Below are positions 42,731-56,075 of a DNA stretch of 64,000 nt, piece after piece. Numbering within the stretch: the first letter of the stretch is position 1; each line of letters begins with the position of its first letter. The position numbers and the translations under genes were made by a program. Below the pieces are notes generated by a model. That model saw only the letters and a list, made by a program, of their open reading frames with translations, ran no database searches and was not told the origin of the DNA. Origin of the DNA: Octopus vulgaris (Eukaryota); NCBI GenBank assembly GCA_951406725.2, contig OX597829.1, positions 15,066,001-15,130,000 on the forward strand. Reading direction: 5' to 3'.

Positions 42731-44945
42731 GGCGTAGGAGTGGCTGTGTGATAAGTAGCTTTGATAAATTCCGCTCATGCGCATTGGTGTTTTGCTTCAA
42801 CACTTAAACAAGGAGGACATGAGCTAGTGTGCTCCGTCCTAAAACTGAAAATTAAGAAGTCCGTGCGAGGTAGGTGATTTTGTTTGTTTTGAGCTGGGCG
42901 TGATTTATTGTTTTGGAATTTTTTTCAGTAAATTTCGCCCAGATCTGGGACAATTTTGCCTGCTCTCGGCGGCTATTGTGATTTTTGCTTGTCGAAAAAA
43001 TGTCGGGGGCGTATGTATCCCCGCCCAAAAATTGAAGTTTGTTCCAGACATTGAAATTTTTTGTGGCCCATTGTGGAGAAGATTCGTCTTCTGTCGATTT
43101 AAGATTCCAGCTTGGAGTACCAATCAAAGAAGAGGGCCAGGAGTACCTGTGGCCAGAATTGTGTAGTTGCCATTTGGAACAATATTTTTATTTCTTCCGT
43201 GTTTTCCTTCTGTTTTTTTAACTGTCCTTTTTGTTTTCTTTTGTCATATTTTTTACTATTTATTTTTTCTTTCTAGTGTATTTCTATTTTTGTGAACATT
43301 TGAACTTTCTTCCTCATGGCGATAAAGAATGGTGCCGCTGCTTTGGAGTGGGAGATTGACCCACCCAAGCAGTGATTAAAATATATGGAAGAGAGGACGG
43401 TGGTGGTTAGAACTTATTCTAAAGTTCTTGATTCCTTCACCGTCTTCCCAAAACCAGTTATAGAAATGGACTGAAGGATTATTTGTCCTCTGTGAAATAC
43501 ATATCCCGTGGTGTCAAACATGCAACCGTATGGTTGCTGTTTGAAAGCCGAGAAAATGCTCGCAAATTTGCGAGTTACTCTTTAGAGGGCAACGAAATTC
43601 TCTTCCCGTCGTACTGCGGGAGGAAATTAATTAGAGCCTGGGTATGTGGGTACCCCCAGGCACCGAGGCGGGTTGGATTGAAAATACCATCCGACGGGTA
43701 TTGGGGAATAGTTGGCCCAGGCTCTTAAATATAAGGGTATTGCCGGCAGTTGATTGGGAAGGGTCAAAAGCGATTTTGACCCTGTGGACCCCATCGGCCG
43801 CAACACACCTGGTTTTTCCAGATTTTTTTTAAATGGCTGGCTGCAGGTATCCGGTGATACTTGAGGGACGTCCCACCAAGTGTCATTCGTGCCTGCAGCC
43901 AGGCCACATTAAAAGGAACTGCCCCCAGGACCATGGTATGATCCTGGAACAGTCACTGGATGCTCCCTCTCCTACCCGGTTAAAGGGAGAGGTGGATAGT
44001 CTCCTCAACCCAAAAAGATTAAAAAGGAAAGACGGGCAACAATAGTGGCCCGTCGAAGGACCCTAAGGCTTCGGGAGGTGGGGGGGAAGACTCCGAACAA
44101 AGCGGAAGAACTCCACTCTCCCGAAGTCAGGAAGAAAAGAAAAAAAAGAAAGACGAAGAACGGGTCATCGCAGTGGGGAGATGATGTGCCGTCTGCATGT
44201 CGCGAAGTTGTGCCACCCACGGTGGAAGAAACCACCCCCACTCTTAAAGATGTTGAATTAATTATCTTTTTCTACAAGGGCGGGGAAGTGAGAAAATAGT
44301 AGAAGAACATAAAGAGACAGTAGATATGCCCTTCACACGGGATCCCGAATGGCCTCCGCAGATAGCTGTGGGGGTCATAAGGTTTCCTTTGTGGGAAAAG
44401 CTTAAAGGATTTGGGGAGGAGTGTCGCATACGGCCGGATGGCCTTTACACGACTTACATGTCCTACATGAGTGAGGCATGGTAAATGGCGGGATGCAAGA
44501 ACTCAAGCGGCATTGAAGATAATGATGAATATATCGATGAGTAGAAGGTGAAAAAGCCTCGTTAGCGGGTTTGAAACCTCTTCTTATTGTATTATTTGTA
44601 GTGGCAATTTGGGCAAGTCTCCTCTACTATAGCCTCGGACCGACCACAGACCTGTGAGTGGATTTAGTAGACGGAAACTGAAAGAAGCCCATCGTATATA
44701 TGTATATGTATGTATATATGTATGTGCGTGTATATGTTTGTGTGTCTGTGTTTGTCCGCCCAACATCGTTTGACAACCGATGTTGGCGTGTTTATGTCAC
44801 CGTAACTTAGCGGTTCGGCAAAAGAGACCGATAGAATAAGTACTTGGTTTTCAAAGAATAAGTCCTGGGGTCAATTTGCTCGACTAAAGGCGGTGTTCCA
44901 GTATGGCCACAGTCAAATGACTGAAACAAGTAAAAGAATAAAGAG
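42731..44945 (+). mobile_element. SINE family B split by a ~1.84-kb insertion (head 42731-42761, body 44601-44945)
   Basis: ggcgtaggagtggctgtgtgataagtagctt resumes as gtggcaatttgggcaagt at 44601; ~38 nt including the B-box are missing. Confidence 0.8.
43316..44484 (+). pseudogene. Frameshifted L1/Tx1-type ORF1 (gag-like) with CCHC zinc knuckle
   Basis: Consecutive same-strand ORF pieces; GRPTKCHSCLQPGHIKRNCP is CX2CX4HX4C, preceded by an RRM-like region and followed by basic KKRKKRK. No ORF2 downstream. Confidence 0.8.
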
Positions 44946-45203
44946 TAAGACTACTATATTTCCCTTTACCAATTACTAGCTTTGGACGGCAAAGGACAGT
45001 TTATATTACAACCTGATAATTGTAAGTTCTGCATTCTTCGCAGTGTAAACACCCCGAGGAGGCTGTGTTATTGTCGATTTCCCGGCACGATGTAATACAT
45101 TATTCGGTTAATTACAGATTGATTTAAGTGCAGAATTAACACATCATATTATTACGTAACGCAAACCTATCTGAAACATGCGTAAGCGAATAATACATAT
45201 GTG

Positions 45204-45245
<42 letters not shown>

Positions 45246-45354
45246 TTCAGGTGTCCGCTGAATTTTCCTCTAGAGAACATTCTTTGTAGTTTGATCGTTG
45301 GTGATCTATTTCTAGCATACGGCTGACTACATAGCGGTCTTGCTCTTTCAATAT

Positions 45355-45387
<33 letters not shown>

Positions 45388-45418
45388 CGCGAGAAAGAAG
45401 CAACAAGAATGGATAGGT

Positions 45419-45509
45419 TTTTAGTACAATCGTTTCATACAAGGACAGGCTTTATTAAAAGTTGCAAAAATTACAGCATATAAACGTGTCCTGTACTCAT
45501 CAGCTAAAA
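45419..45509 (-). ncRNA. Type I hammerhead ribozyme motif
   Basis: Inverted copy of 45908-45997 with an intact core. Confidence 0.85.
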
Positions 45510-45907
45510 TACATGTGAATTCTCTAGACATCCTATTGGTTGAGGCTATACTCATGAAGTAGATAATTAAGTAACATAAGCAGATTTCCAAAGTTCATTA
45601 AAGTTCTTTAAAGATGATGTACAGTCTTATCACAGAAATTTAAAAAAGTTTTAACAGCATCACAGAGAAGGTGACCTAATCCATAGTGCACATATGAATT
45701 TCCAGAGATATTATGAGGGATTACATACTCACAGACAACAAATTTATCCATTGTTAATCACAACGAGGTGGGTCTCAATTCCTGCTTATTAGCATGTAAT
45801 CATCTTTAAAGAACTTTAATGAACTTTGGAAATCTGTTTATGTTACTTAATTATCTACTTCATGAGTATAGCCTCAACCAATAGGATGTCTAGAGAACTC
45901 ACATGTA

Positions 45908-45997
45908 TTTTAGCTGATGAGTACAGGACACTTTATATGCTGTAATTTTTGCAACTTTTAATAAAGCCTGTCCTTGTATGAAACGATTGTACTAAAA
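45908..45997 (+). ncRNA. Type I hammerhead ribozyme motif
   Basis: ttttag-CTGATGA(45914)-gtacaggac..gtccttgtat-GAAAC(45980)-gatt-GTA-ctaaaa; 6-bp stem I, long stem II. Confidence 0.88.
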
Positions 45998-46142
45998 ACC
46001 TATCCATTCTTGTTGCTTCTTTCTCGCTTATAATCACCCCACATTATTGTATTGTTAAAACAGTATAGTTTTTTGGTGCATCTAAGTTAGGTACCATATT
46101 CAAGTAAATTCATTTAAATTAACTTGAATCTTTATTGCTTTT

Positions 46143-46191
<49 letters not shown>

Positions 46192-46221
46192 ATATATATA
46201 TATATGTATATATATATGTAT

Positions 46222-46253
<32 letters not shown>

Positions 46254-46258
46254 GTATG

Positions 46259-46295
<37 letters not shown>

Positions 46296-46322
46296 ATATA
46301 TATATATATATATATGTATATG

Positions 46323-46407
<85 letters not shown>

Positions 46408-47578
46408 TCGGCCGTTTATGAACATATGTCGTTGTTGGGTAGGAACATAGTTGAATGCGAATCGACGAACTTAATGGACTGAGCGAAGAAAAATACAGCT
46501 GTAAACAAGGTTCTAACAACAACAAAACCCTACTAAAACAGCCATAAAAGAAAGATTATGTTCTTAATAGAACAACCATTTATAGAGTTAGTTAAATGAA
46601 AATCACATTCGTCGGGCGGGTATTGTGCCCTGGATTCAGATGACGTATAAGTTAGTTGCATCAAACTTGTAGCTAAAATCAATTTTTTGTTCTAGAATTT
46701 GGATTACTGTTGCTTCAAACGAAACAATAGTTAATATCTCAAATAACAAACGGATATCGCGATGTAAAGATAAACTTCAGAGAAATGCCAACAGAAAAAA
46801 AAAACTGTTTTTTTTTCTTCTAATCTTTACAGTGTACGTATATGTGTGGGTGGGTGTGTTTTGTTTGCTTTCGGTTTCATTTTTTGTTCTGCTTTTTCTG
46901 TCTGATTATATTTTTGTCTATTTTTTCCCCACTTTTTATATTAAAAAAAACATTTAATTATTGAAGTTTTTTTATGCAAATATTGATTATTGATTTTTTT
47001 TATATATATTTTGGGAGTTCTTTTGTAAAAAAAGATATAAAAAAGGTATTTTGCTTTATTTTCTTTTGTAGCTTTAACTAAACCCGAGCCCTACCCTATA
47101 CGAACAAACAGGAATATATTCTCTTGAGGCACAAAAAATAAAATATCAAACTAATACTCACCAGACGTACATACAATGATACATACACATGCAATGATAT
47201 ATTCATATATACCTACATACGCATACATATACATAAATAAATAAATATGTACATATACATATATTTATGCATACACATACACATATAAATATCATTTCTC
47301 TTCTACCGATTCTAGTTTCGGGTTATTGCGATCTCCAGTTTTCATGTACTCAATATTACGCACAAAGTTTTGGCTGCCTAAGCCTACCATTAAAGTAATT
47401 ACCAAACATCCGATTCAGAAGGACCGAATGCAGGACCTCATGCTTTACATTCCTCACCATTTCAACAAAAGAAATAACGAAACTGGTTTAAATTATTAAG
47501 TAAATCCTTAAAGGCTACGCCAGCATATGCATGTACATACACTGACACGCACCCAGGCACACACACAACCACACATAT

Positions 47579-47619
<41 letters not shown>

Positions 47620-47713
47620 GTTAAATATATAGATAGGTAGACGGATCGATATATATATATATATATATATATGCATATATATATATATATATGCATATAT
47701 ATATATATATATA

Positions 47714-47754
<41 letters not shown>

Positions 47755-47761
47755 ATACATA

Positions 47762-47793
<32 letters not shown>

Positions 47794-47958
47794 AATATAC
47801 ACACACACACAAACATAATGCTATATCCGTGTTTTCACTGATCTTTTTGTCATATGAAACTTTCTCGATCAATATATATAATAAATACGTATATATTTGT
47901 GTATATGTCTATGCCTATATATGTATATATGTATGTATGCATATATATATTTGCATAC

Positions 47959-47989
<31 letters not shown>

Positions 47990-48003
47990 TAGATGGATAG
48001 ATG

Positions 48004-48049
<46 letters not shown>

Positions 48050-48614
48050 CAGATAGATAGATATGACGAGTAAGTAAAACAAAGACGGAGGTGTATGTGC
48101 GCATATGTCTGTGTCAATGTATGTGTTTGACAATAAATGTGTTTGACAAGTGATTGGAAACTTTGATTTGAAGCGGCTAAGCTATATGATTGGCAGTTCA
48201 AACATAGGTACTTGATTGGCTGGTTAAAAATAAAGATTATATATATATGTGTGTTCCTACATACATTGACAAACACACACACATATACAGACATAGATAT
48301 ATGCATATACACACACAGATACAGATATTCATGCACCTACACACATACACACACAAGCATAGATATATATATATATATATATATACATATATAAATGTGT
48401 GTGTGCGCGCACTTACTCATGTGGCTATGCTAATGTGTATATATGTTTTAAGTAACAATATAAATTAATATCTCGCAAATGTAACAGAAATACTTTTTCA
48501 TGTAGAGCATCTTAGCAGAGAGCTCGGTAAACATAAAATTACTTCATGTCTATTAAACTCTATAAAATCTTTTGAAATATAGCTGTAATAATCGAAGTTC
48601 TACATTAAAACGCA

Positions 48615-48621
48615 TCTGATA

Positions 48622-48673
<52 letters not shown>

Positions 48674-48694
48674 CATATACATATATACATATAC

Positions 48695-48739
<45 letters not shown>

Positions 48740-48850
48740 CATATATATATATATATACATATACACACATATATATATATGTATACATATATATACATAT
48801 ACATATATATATACATATATATATATACATATATAGATATATATATTTAC

Positions 48851-48885
<35 letters not shown>

Positions 48886-49130
48886 TATGTGTGTGTCTAT
48901 GACTGTGTATGTATGTATATATGTATATATATATGTACATATATATTAATACATACGTACATATATATATACATATATATACATATATCTGTATATATGC
49001 ATATTATACATATATATGCATATATATATACATATATATATATCTATATATATGAATACATATATGAATACATATATGTATATATATGTATACATATATA
49101 TGTATACATATATATATGTATATGTATATA

Positions 49131-49183
<53 letters not shown>
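48615..49183. repeat. Compound (TA)n/(TACA) microsatellite field
   Basis: Direct reading; representative of many similar fields (1380, 8855, 12855, 34260, 46145, 47650). Confidence 0.95.
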
Positions 49184-49188
<5 letters not shown>

Positions 49189-51002
49189 TTTTTATTTAAT
49201 CATATTATTACACTAGAAGAATTTTTATGTTGATCCATATAACCATTGTGCATAAAAGAAAATAAATAATATAAATAATCGAAATAAGAAAAAATGAACA
49301 AAGGTTGAAAGAGGAGTGATGAAATAAGCTAAATATCAGAAACTGATATAAAAAAATGCAAAGGCGCACATATCAAAAATGCACACAAATTAATTTGAAA
49401 AAATACATGTAAATGGTTAAATTATGGTTGATAAAATGTAAGAGACATTAAGGAACGTGAAGCAATAAGATAAAGGAGGAAAGGGAGCAGTGAATAAGGA
49501 AATGTTGATAAGTGGTGAAAGGCATTTATTATATGAGTGAAGAGGATGCTGTGAATTTGTGGGGTTATAGCTGGGAAGATCAGGTGGAGAAGGTTACTGA
49601 TAAAACATAATTCTAGAGAGTGTGATAAGAACAGTATGGGGTATTGTGTGAATGCAGAGATTTTAACAGAAGTCAGGGTTATAGGCAACATTGAATGAAT
49701 CGCTGAGAATAAAGACAGGAACGTAATGTGACGATATACATAACTACACCTTTATACACTTTACATGAGAACCTGAGATCTTTAAGTAACTCTAAGAAGA
49801 AAGATAAACAGAACAATTGCGAGCATAAAATAGGAGATCTTGCATATCCGGTCAAACAACAGCCGTTCCATTCCATACCTAATAAATAAACGTTCCTCCA
49901 AAGATTATATGTTTCACAAATTCTTCAACGAAAGATGTATTAAGCTGTGGCGAATTTGTTTCTTCCATAATAACTAATAGGAACATTTTGAAACATAAAC
50001 ATCACTACCCATACAAGTAAACTGGCATGTTGCTAGACACTAGATCTTTTAAAAACAAAAAGCGTAGTGTGATGCGCAATATTCTAAATCAACCACTTTG
50101 AAATTGTAAACGTGTAACCAACAAACATCCTTAAAACAATATTTAACGAGCACATTCATTCATTTCAGGAACGTAAATTCAACATGTAACACCATGCATT
50201 ATAAATATGTTTGGTCTATCAAAGATTTCTGTATGTCAACGACGTGTGGATCAAGAAGTCAGCTACCACCTTTGCACAACGTTAGATTCATATTACAATC
50301 GAAAAGAACAATATACTGACGAAACTACGTATTTTTTCAATTCAAAGCTGGAATTCTTCTAGTTTTCGTAGGAGGAAAGACTATCATAACAACTTTCATA
50401 TTGCCACCGACGCAAACTTTCTAATATCCTTTTTTTGTCATCAGTTATACGTGCTATTACTACGTGCAGTATGTTCATGTGTTCTTGAGACACATTCGCT
50501 TTCATTGTAACCAAAATTCTCTTGTACCTCTATTTATGTAACCTCTTCGATTCTTACACGACGAGGACTTCACAGACACGTTTCATTTGAATTTATTTGA
50601 AATCACTTTTGCTATAAATCACTTTCATTCTTACCAATACCTAGATTAATTGACATATTTGTAAACAGCTCTGCTCTCCATGCTTCCAGCCAATACGTTT
50701 AATATGCAGAAGAATAAGAACATAAAAGTATATAGGTAGGTGCACTTACACCGTGAAGAATAACATCAGAGTATAAATACTAACACACAGCTATCTGTGC
50801 ATGTACACACAGAACGCCCATCGCTTTAATGTTAGACAAATGTGTATACATACAGTGAGGTGTGTATGTCGTTTTATATATATGCTTTGCGTATATACTT
50901 GTGTATCTGCGTACATGTGAATTTTGGCAGATGTGCGTTAGGCTACGTAGGTAGCACTTGCACGTATATATTGCACTTGCTTACTTCTGAACCCACATGA
51001 AA

Positions 51003-51060
<58 letters not shown>

Positions 51061-51087
51061 AGAGATAGAGAGGGAGATAAATAGATG

Positions 51088-51123
<36 letters not shown>

Positions 51124-51125
51124 CA

Positions 51126-51156
<31 letters not shown>

Positions 51157-51222
51157 GTATGTATACATGTATGTATGTACAGATGCAAGGTATATCATAT
51201 TAGAAGAATATTTATTCATCTA

Positions 51223-51891
51223 TATCTGCGGTGCATTCCAGAAGGTTTGAGACTTAGGAGAAACATTTATAACTATTTTATATTACTGTAATTTTAGTAT
51301 ATCTTTCCTATACGCCTAATACGCTGACCTCTCGATATTTGAAATTTCAAATTGAAATGAATGCTGTAGCAGCGTTTTGAACACACCTTACTAAACATTA
51401 CTTGTTACAGCTAATGGTTGCAGAATGCAGTCAACAGGTTTGGAACTTCGATATACAATAAAGCATTGTGTCTAACTGGGCTAACACGCTACAGACACTT
51501 CCAAATCGCCCATCGTCTTCCATTATCGTTCGTCCGCTTTTGAAGCGCCCGTACCACTCGAAACATAGCGTGCAGCCCATTGCCTCGTCGCCGTAAGCTT
51601 ACCAAATCAAGCTCAATGTCTCTGCAGTAGACTTTTCAAGTTTAACGCAATGTTTCACGTTTGCTCTTTGTTCCATCTTCTTGTCTATGACAAAAATTGC
51701 AGACTACAGCAGACACAGCGGATATAAAAAAAACAACACGTTTCACAATTTGCGAAGTAAACACAGCCTTGCCGCTCGGCACACTGCCTCATGAAGGCCA
51801 CTGCTAGCTCTCTCTGCGTACACAACCGTGTGCTACCGTCCGTTGGCGCACTACATAACTAGTCCAGGAAAGTTTTGATACCTCCACGTAT
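51223..51891 (-). mobile_element. Internally deleted mariner element (transposase N-terminus)
   Basis: MEQRANVKHCVKLEKSTAETL..AYGDEAMGCTLCFEWYGRFKSGR at 51676-51500; TIR-like TACGTGGAGGTATCAAAACTTTCCTGGACT at the right end. Confidence 0.8.
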
Positions 51892-51927
51892 ATACATGAG
51901 TGTGTGTGTCTATGTGTGTGTGTGTAT

Positions 51928-52380
51928 GCATGGTGCATTCGAGAATTTCGAGACATTTTCAGGAGATATTAATTTCAAAAAGATTACAAAACAATAATCA
52001 CTTACTTCAAAGAAGGATCCTCTAACTTCAATGCACTTATTGTAACGCCCCAACTGCTCCATGTACGCCCTATAGAAGTCCTTCAAAGTGAAGATGTCCA
52101 GAGCCCTTGTCACTGCCACTTTTATATTCAAAATAACTTCCTGAAATTCTACCGCTTCTGGAAGACACTGGGAACACATGTTCCGAGAATTTTCCGCATG
52201 TTCAGATCTTCATTGAGCAAGCGGAAAACATGCTCGGTTCATACAGGTTAATCCATAAGCAGTCTTGAGCATTTCATAAGGCCGGATTTCAAAAATGGCA
52301 AAAGCGCTGGGACCGGCATATTGCTGCGCAAGGTGACTATTTCGAAGTAGATGGTTTTAAAATTTAGGTAAGCTATTTTC
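51928..52380 (-). mobile_element. Mariner transposase C-terminal remnant
   Basis: RYNKCIEVRGSFFE resembles the mariner R..KCI...G.YFE ending. Confidence 0.7.
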
Positions 52381-52438
52381 TATTAAGCATAACTAGACAG
52401 AGAACTTGATATGTACTTCGTACATATACATGTGCATA

Positions 52439-52640
52439 TACGGTGAGTACCGAAACGTTCCTGGCTCTAAGGCATCGTGAAACGGCCTGGTTGGAAGCCC
52501 AACCTTCCCAGTTCTTTTATAGGACCTAGAAAAACTGAAGGACCGCTGCAATAAGTGTATGAATCTGAGAGAGAAATATGTCGAATAAAATCAAAATTAA
52601 CTGATCAAACTGTAATTTATTTTTACCCCAAGCCAGGAAC
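52439..52640 (+). mobile_element. Mariner-derived MITE
   Basis: TIRs TA-cggtgagtaccgaaacgttcctggct and agccaggaactttcaagcacctcctag-TA; internal KCMNLREKYVE*. Confidence 0.75.
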
Positions 52641-53294
52641 TTTCAAGCACCTCCTAGTATATATACTATGCGCTACCTACTGGAAAATAATTCATATTAA
52701 ATATGACCGGCTATGCAACTAAATTTATACGTATAAAATTATATGTATAAAAACATAGAAACAAATAATTCATATTAAATATGAATTATTTGTTTCTGTT
52801 TTTATGCATATAATTTTGATATATATTTTTTTAATATTATCTATTCACTACTGACTAACCATAGCAACGTCATGGCCTTTCAAATAAATTAGCTGACCAA
52901 TTAAATTGCGTGAATGACAACCACTCCCTCCCAATCACCTATAGGGATTCAGCAACTTGTTAACTATAAAATAACGGGGAAATAATGAAAGATAATACCG
53001 GAGATTTTAAGCATTTACTAATTTAGTACCAACTTCTATTATAAATATTGATATAAACCATCACCCCCAAAAATGGGAACCATGATTTCAGACCCTCAAC
53101 TAAAAAGACATCATATATTTGTGTATATGGATAAGTATATATATGTGTGTACATTTGTTCCTTCATTCATTAAATTATTTATCTACAAGGACAATACGAA
53201 CCACAGCAGGAATACACCTTACTTAACGCATGAAATATGTGTGTGTATATATGCGTATATATATGTATATGTATATATGTATGTATATATATGA

Positions 53295-53347
<53 letters not shown>

Positions 53348-53430
53348 GTGAAATAGAAAGATGAATAATCTTGTAGTAGATTAATCAAAAGTTTAACCGA
53401 TACCTTAGTAGCAAAAAATTCACGTCGGCG

Positions 53431-53811
53431 AACTCCAAGATCAAAAACGCCGTCTACCAATGCAAGGTTTACACGGACTCAGATGTCTTCACTTATGTAG
53501 GGGCCTCATCCTCAAGATTGTCTTTGCGTGTCTCCAACCATTACGCAACTTTTCGGGACATGAACAAGCGCCAGACCACGGGACTCAGTAAGCTAATATG
53601 GCGACTGAAGGATACGGACTTAAGCTACAGGCTGGAATGGTCAATTTTGTCGGTGGCCCTCCCATTTGATAGGGGCAGAAGGCAGTGCAACCTTTGTGTC
53701 TCCGAACTCTTCCATATTTTGTTTGCCAGAGGCCGGATGGTAAACGGGCTTTTACAGTCGGCTTTTCGATGCCCCCATTGGCGGCGTTACACTTATCTGG
53801 CTTTTAAATAG
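53431..53811 (+). CDS. PLE GIY-YIG endonuclease domain, 5'-truncated with an open frame
   Basis: KNAVYQCKV..FTYVGAS..LSLRVSNH..TTGLSKLIWRLK..WSIL..CNLCVSE..CPH*, the typical PLE endonuclease C-terminus. The frame is open upstream of the tracked start. Confidence 0.88.
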   Translation, partial: NSKIKNAVYQCKVYTDSDVFTYVGASSSRLSLRVSNHYATFRDMNKRQTTGLSKLIWRLKDTDLSYRLEWSILSVALPFDRGRRQCNLCVSELFHILFARGRMVNGLLQSAFRCPHWRRYTYLAFK

Positions 53812-54395
53812 CGTTTATAAATAATACCGGCACCCATAGCCCTTGGTAACAAATTCTGAAATAGCCTTTAAGATATCTACGATTAACCACTGCAAGGGGA
53901 ATTACTCCTGTAAGACAAACGGGGCTTGGTTTTTTCACAGCGGGGGTTTCCTTGACAAGGCAGGTTTAGATGAGAACACACACACACATAAAACATGATG
54001 TATATTTTTTTCTGCCACCCAACGGTCATCACGGCAGTAGCCACTGACAGCCGAACGATCAAACGCACACACGTACACAAAAAATGTTTTCTACCCCTAC
54101 GCCAACACACACGTATATAGAACAGTATACACACACACACGTCTCTAAGTAGATTTTTTCTCGCCCCTTATAAAACATCCAATATTCCTTAAATAGTCAG
54201 AACTTTATTCTCGGTCACAAAGAACATCTACGCCCCCTCACCCACATGATTGACCGATGCCTGACCCGTTGAATTCTTCAGCCACCGGTTCTCAACATAC
54301 ACTGATAAACAGTTTCGCCATGGGCTCTTAGGAGCATAGTTCGATTTGTTTTTGCTCCGCCTCTGTTCTGTTTTTGTTTTTCCAACGGATTTCCT

Positions 54396-54487
54396 ATTTT
54401 CTTCCTGAAGAGAAAGACACAATATGGTCCCATTATTCCATCGGATTTTGGTAATTTGTGCCTTTCGAAACACGTGTAGAATGAAAT
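54396..54487 (+). ncRNA. Type I hammerhead ribozyme motif in the PLE 3' region
   Basis: ttc-CTGAAGA(54405)-gaaagacacaa..ttgtgcctttc-GAAAC(54467)-ACGT-GTA-gaa; 10 of 11 bp in stem II; palindromic ACACGTGT. Confidence 0.85.
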
Positions 54488-54543
54488 AAAACGATTTCTG
54501 TTCAATCTGCGTTCAGCTCCATTTCTTCAATTCACCAATAATG

Positions 54544-54576
<33 letters not shown>

Positions 54577-54577
<1 letters not shown>

Positions 54578-54820
54578 TTTATTTAAAAGCAGCAGAAAAT
54601 TCAACAAAACCTGTTACTCTGAGTTTCACGTTCCCGTTCGTCGGACAGTTTTTGCTAGAATTCTAGATTCTAGCAAAAACTGTTCGACGAACGGGAACGT
54701 GAAACTCAGAGTAACAGGTTTTGTTGAATTTTCTGCTGCTTTTAAATAAAGCATATTACTCTACCACTGGTATTTGAGTACTCTTTTTTCCACCTTATTC
54801 CACATTTATGTGTTTACTCC

Positions 54821-54822
<2 letters not shown>
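54577..54822. mobile_element. Near-perfect fold-back mini-element in (TA)n with two hammerhead motifs
   Basis: Arms 54577-54661 and 54667-54751, tail 54752-54822. ctgt-(C/T)CGACGA-acg-ggaa-cgt-GAAAC-tcaga-GTA-acag at 54611-54648 (-) and 54680-54717 (+). Confidence 0.88.
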
Positions 54823-54874
<52 letters not shown>

Positions 54875-55131
54875 CCTTTTATGTGCATTTTCAGTTCTAA
54901 AAAACTGTAACCATCCCACACTCCATTATTTTCTTTGATTATACTATTATTTGTTTTTTTATTTGTCTTTCTCTTTCTCCTTTTATGCATTCTCTAAGAA
55001 TATTGTACTACACTTACTTATGACTAATTGTGTTATAAGTATGTACGTGCATATTTACATGCATGTGTGTATGTATATGCATGTATGCGTGTGTATGTAT
55101 ATATGTAAACGTATATATATATATGTATATA

Positions 55132-55169
<38 letters not shown>

Positions 55170-55454
55170 TATATATATATAAATATATATATGTATATAT
55201 ATATGTATATATATATGTATATATATATGTATATATTCTTGGACTATCTTATAAAAAAACTCTCTGACGAAAAACTTTTGCCAGCAGTATATTGGATAGA
55301 TACTATCCCTTAGTTGGTTGGATTCACAACCTCTAATATTCTTTGTATTAATATTTATACATACATACATGCATACATGCATACATACATGCATGCATAC
55401 ATACATACATATACACACACACACACACACACACAGACACACACACACACACAA

Positions 55455-55790
55455 AAGATGTGCCAGGAATCTTAATCCCAACTTCCAAATATTTCCCTTT
55501 TACCAATGTTCACAGAACACCACAATGCAACAAAAGCTGAATAAGGAGACATTTTTCATCAACAAATTTCTCCCCCAACTAAATATGAACACACAACTCA
55601 ATACAGAACACCACTAACTCTTCAATTGAAACCACTAAACCCTATACACTACCTATATCACTCACATCTCTAATTCCAGAACTACTTACCTCCCTTACAA
55701 ATAATCCAGAACTACTTACCTCCCTTACAAATAATCTTTTTTTCTCAGGAACTATCAGACCTGACACCGTATATTAACCGGTGTTGTTCA
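55455..55790 (+). mobile_element. PLE endonuclease extreme C-terminus plus 3' UTR remnant
   Basis: CARNLNPNFQIFPFYQC..KETFFINKFLPQLN resembles PLE F.IFPF..E..FI..F.P.LN endings; 30-bp tandem duplication at 55675-55736. Confidence 0.65.
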
Positions 55791-56041
55791 AGCGATGAAT
55801 AGCCTTCGCGTAAACCACTGGTTCATTTTGTTCTCTTACTTTATTATCAACTTATAATCATCTCATAATAATGACCTTTATGACTCGTATTACTACCTCA
55901 GTCAATCTAAATTTATATATTTGTCACTACCTGTCACAAAGAGCCTTTTTCTTTTTGCAATATGCATTATCGTTGATTTTTCATATTTTACCCTTACATT
56001 TCCACGTGTATTTTATATTTTCTTTTCGTAACATATTTCTA

Positions 56042-56045
<4 letters not shown>
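55780..56045 (+). repeat. Dispersed repeat, copy of 26030-26290
   Basis: See 26030. Confidence 0.8.

Positions 56046-56074
<29 letters not shown>

Positions 56075-56075
<1 letters not shown>

Larger units (their letters stand above)
45389..46143. mobile_element. Fold-back PLE-type element in (TA)n
   Basis: Near-identical inverted arms 45389-45618 and 45799-46027, 180-bp spacer, extra tail 46028-46143, TA runs on both sides. Confidence 0.88.
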
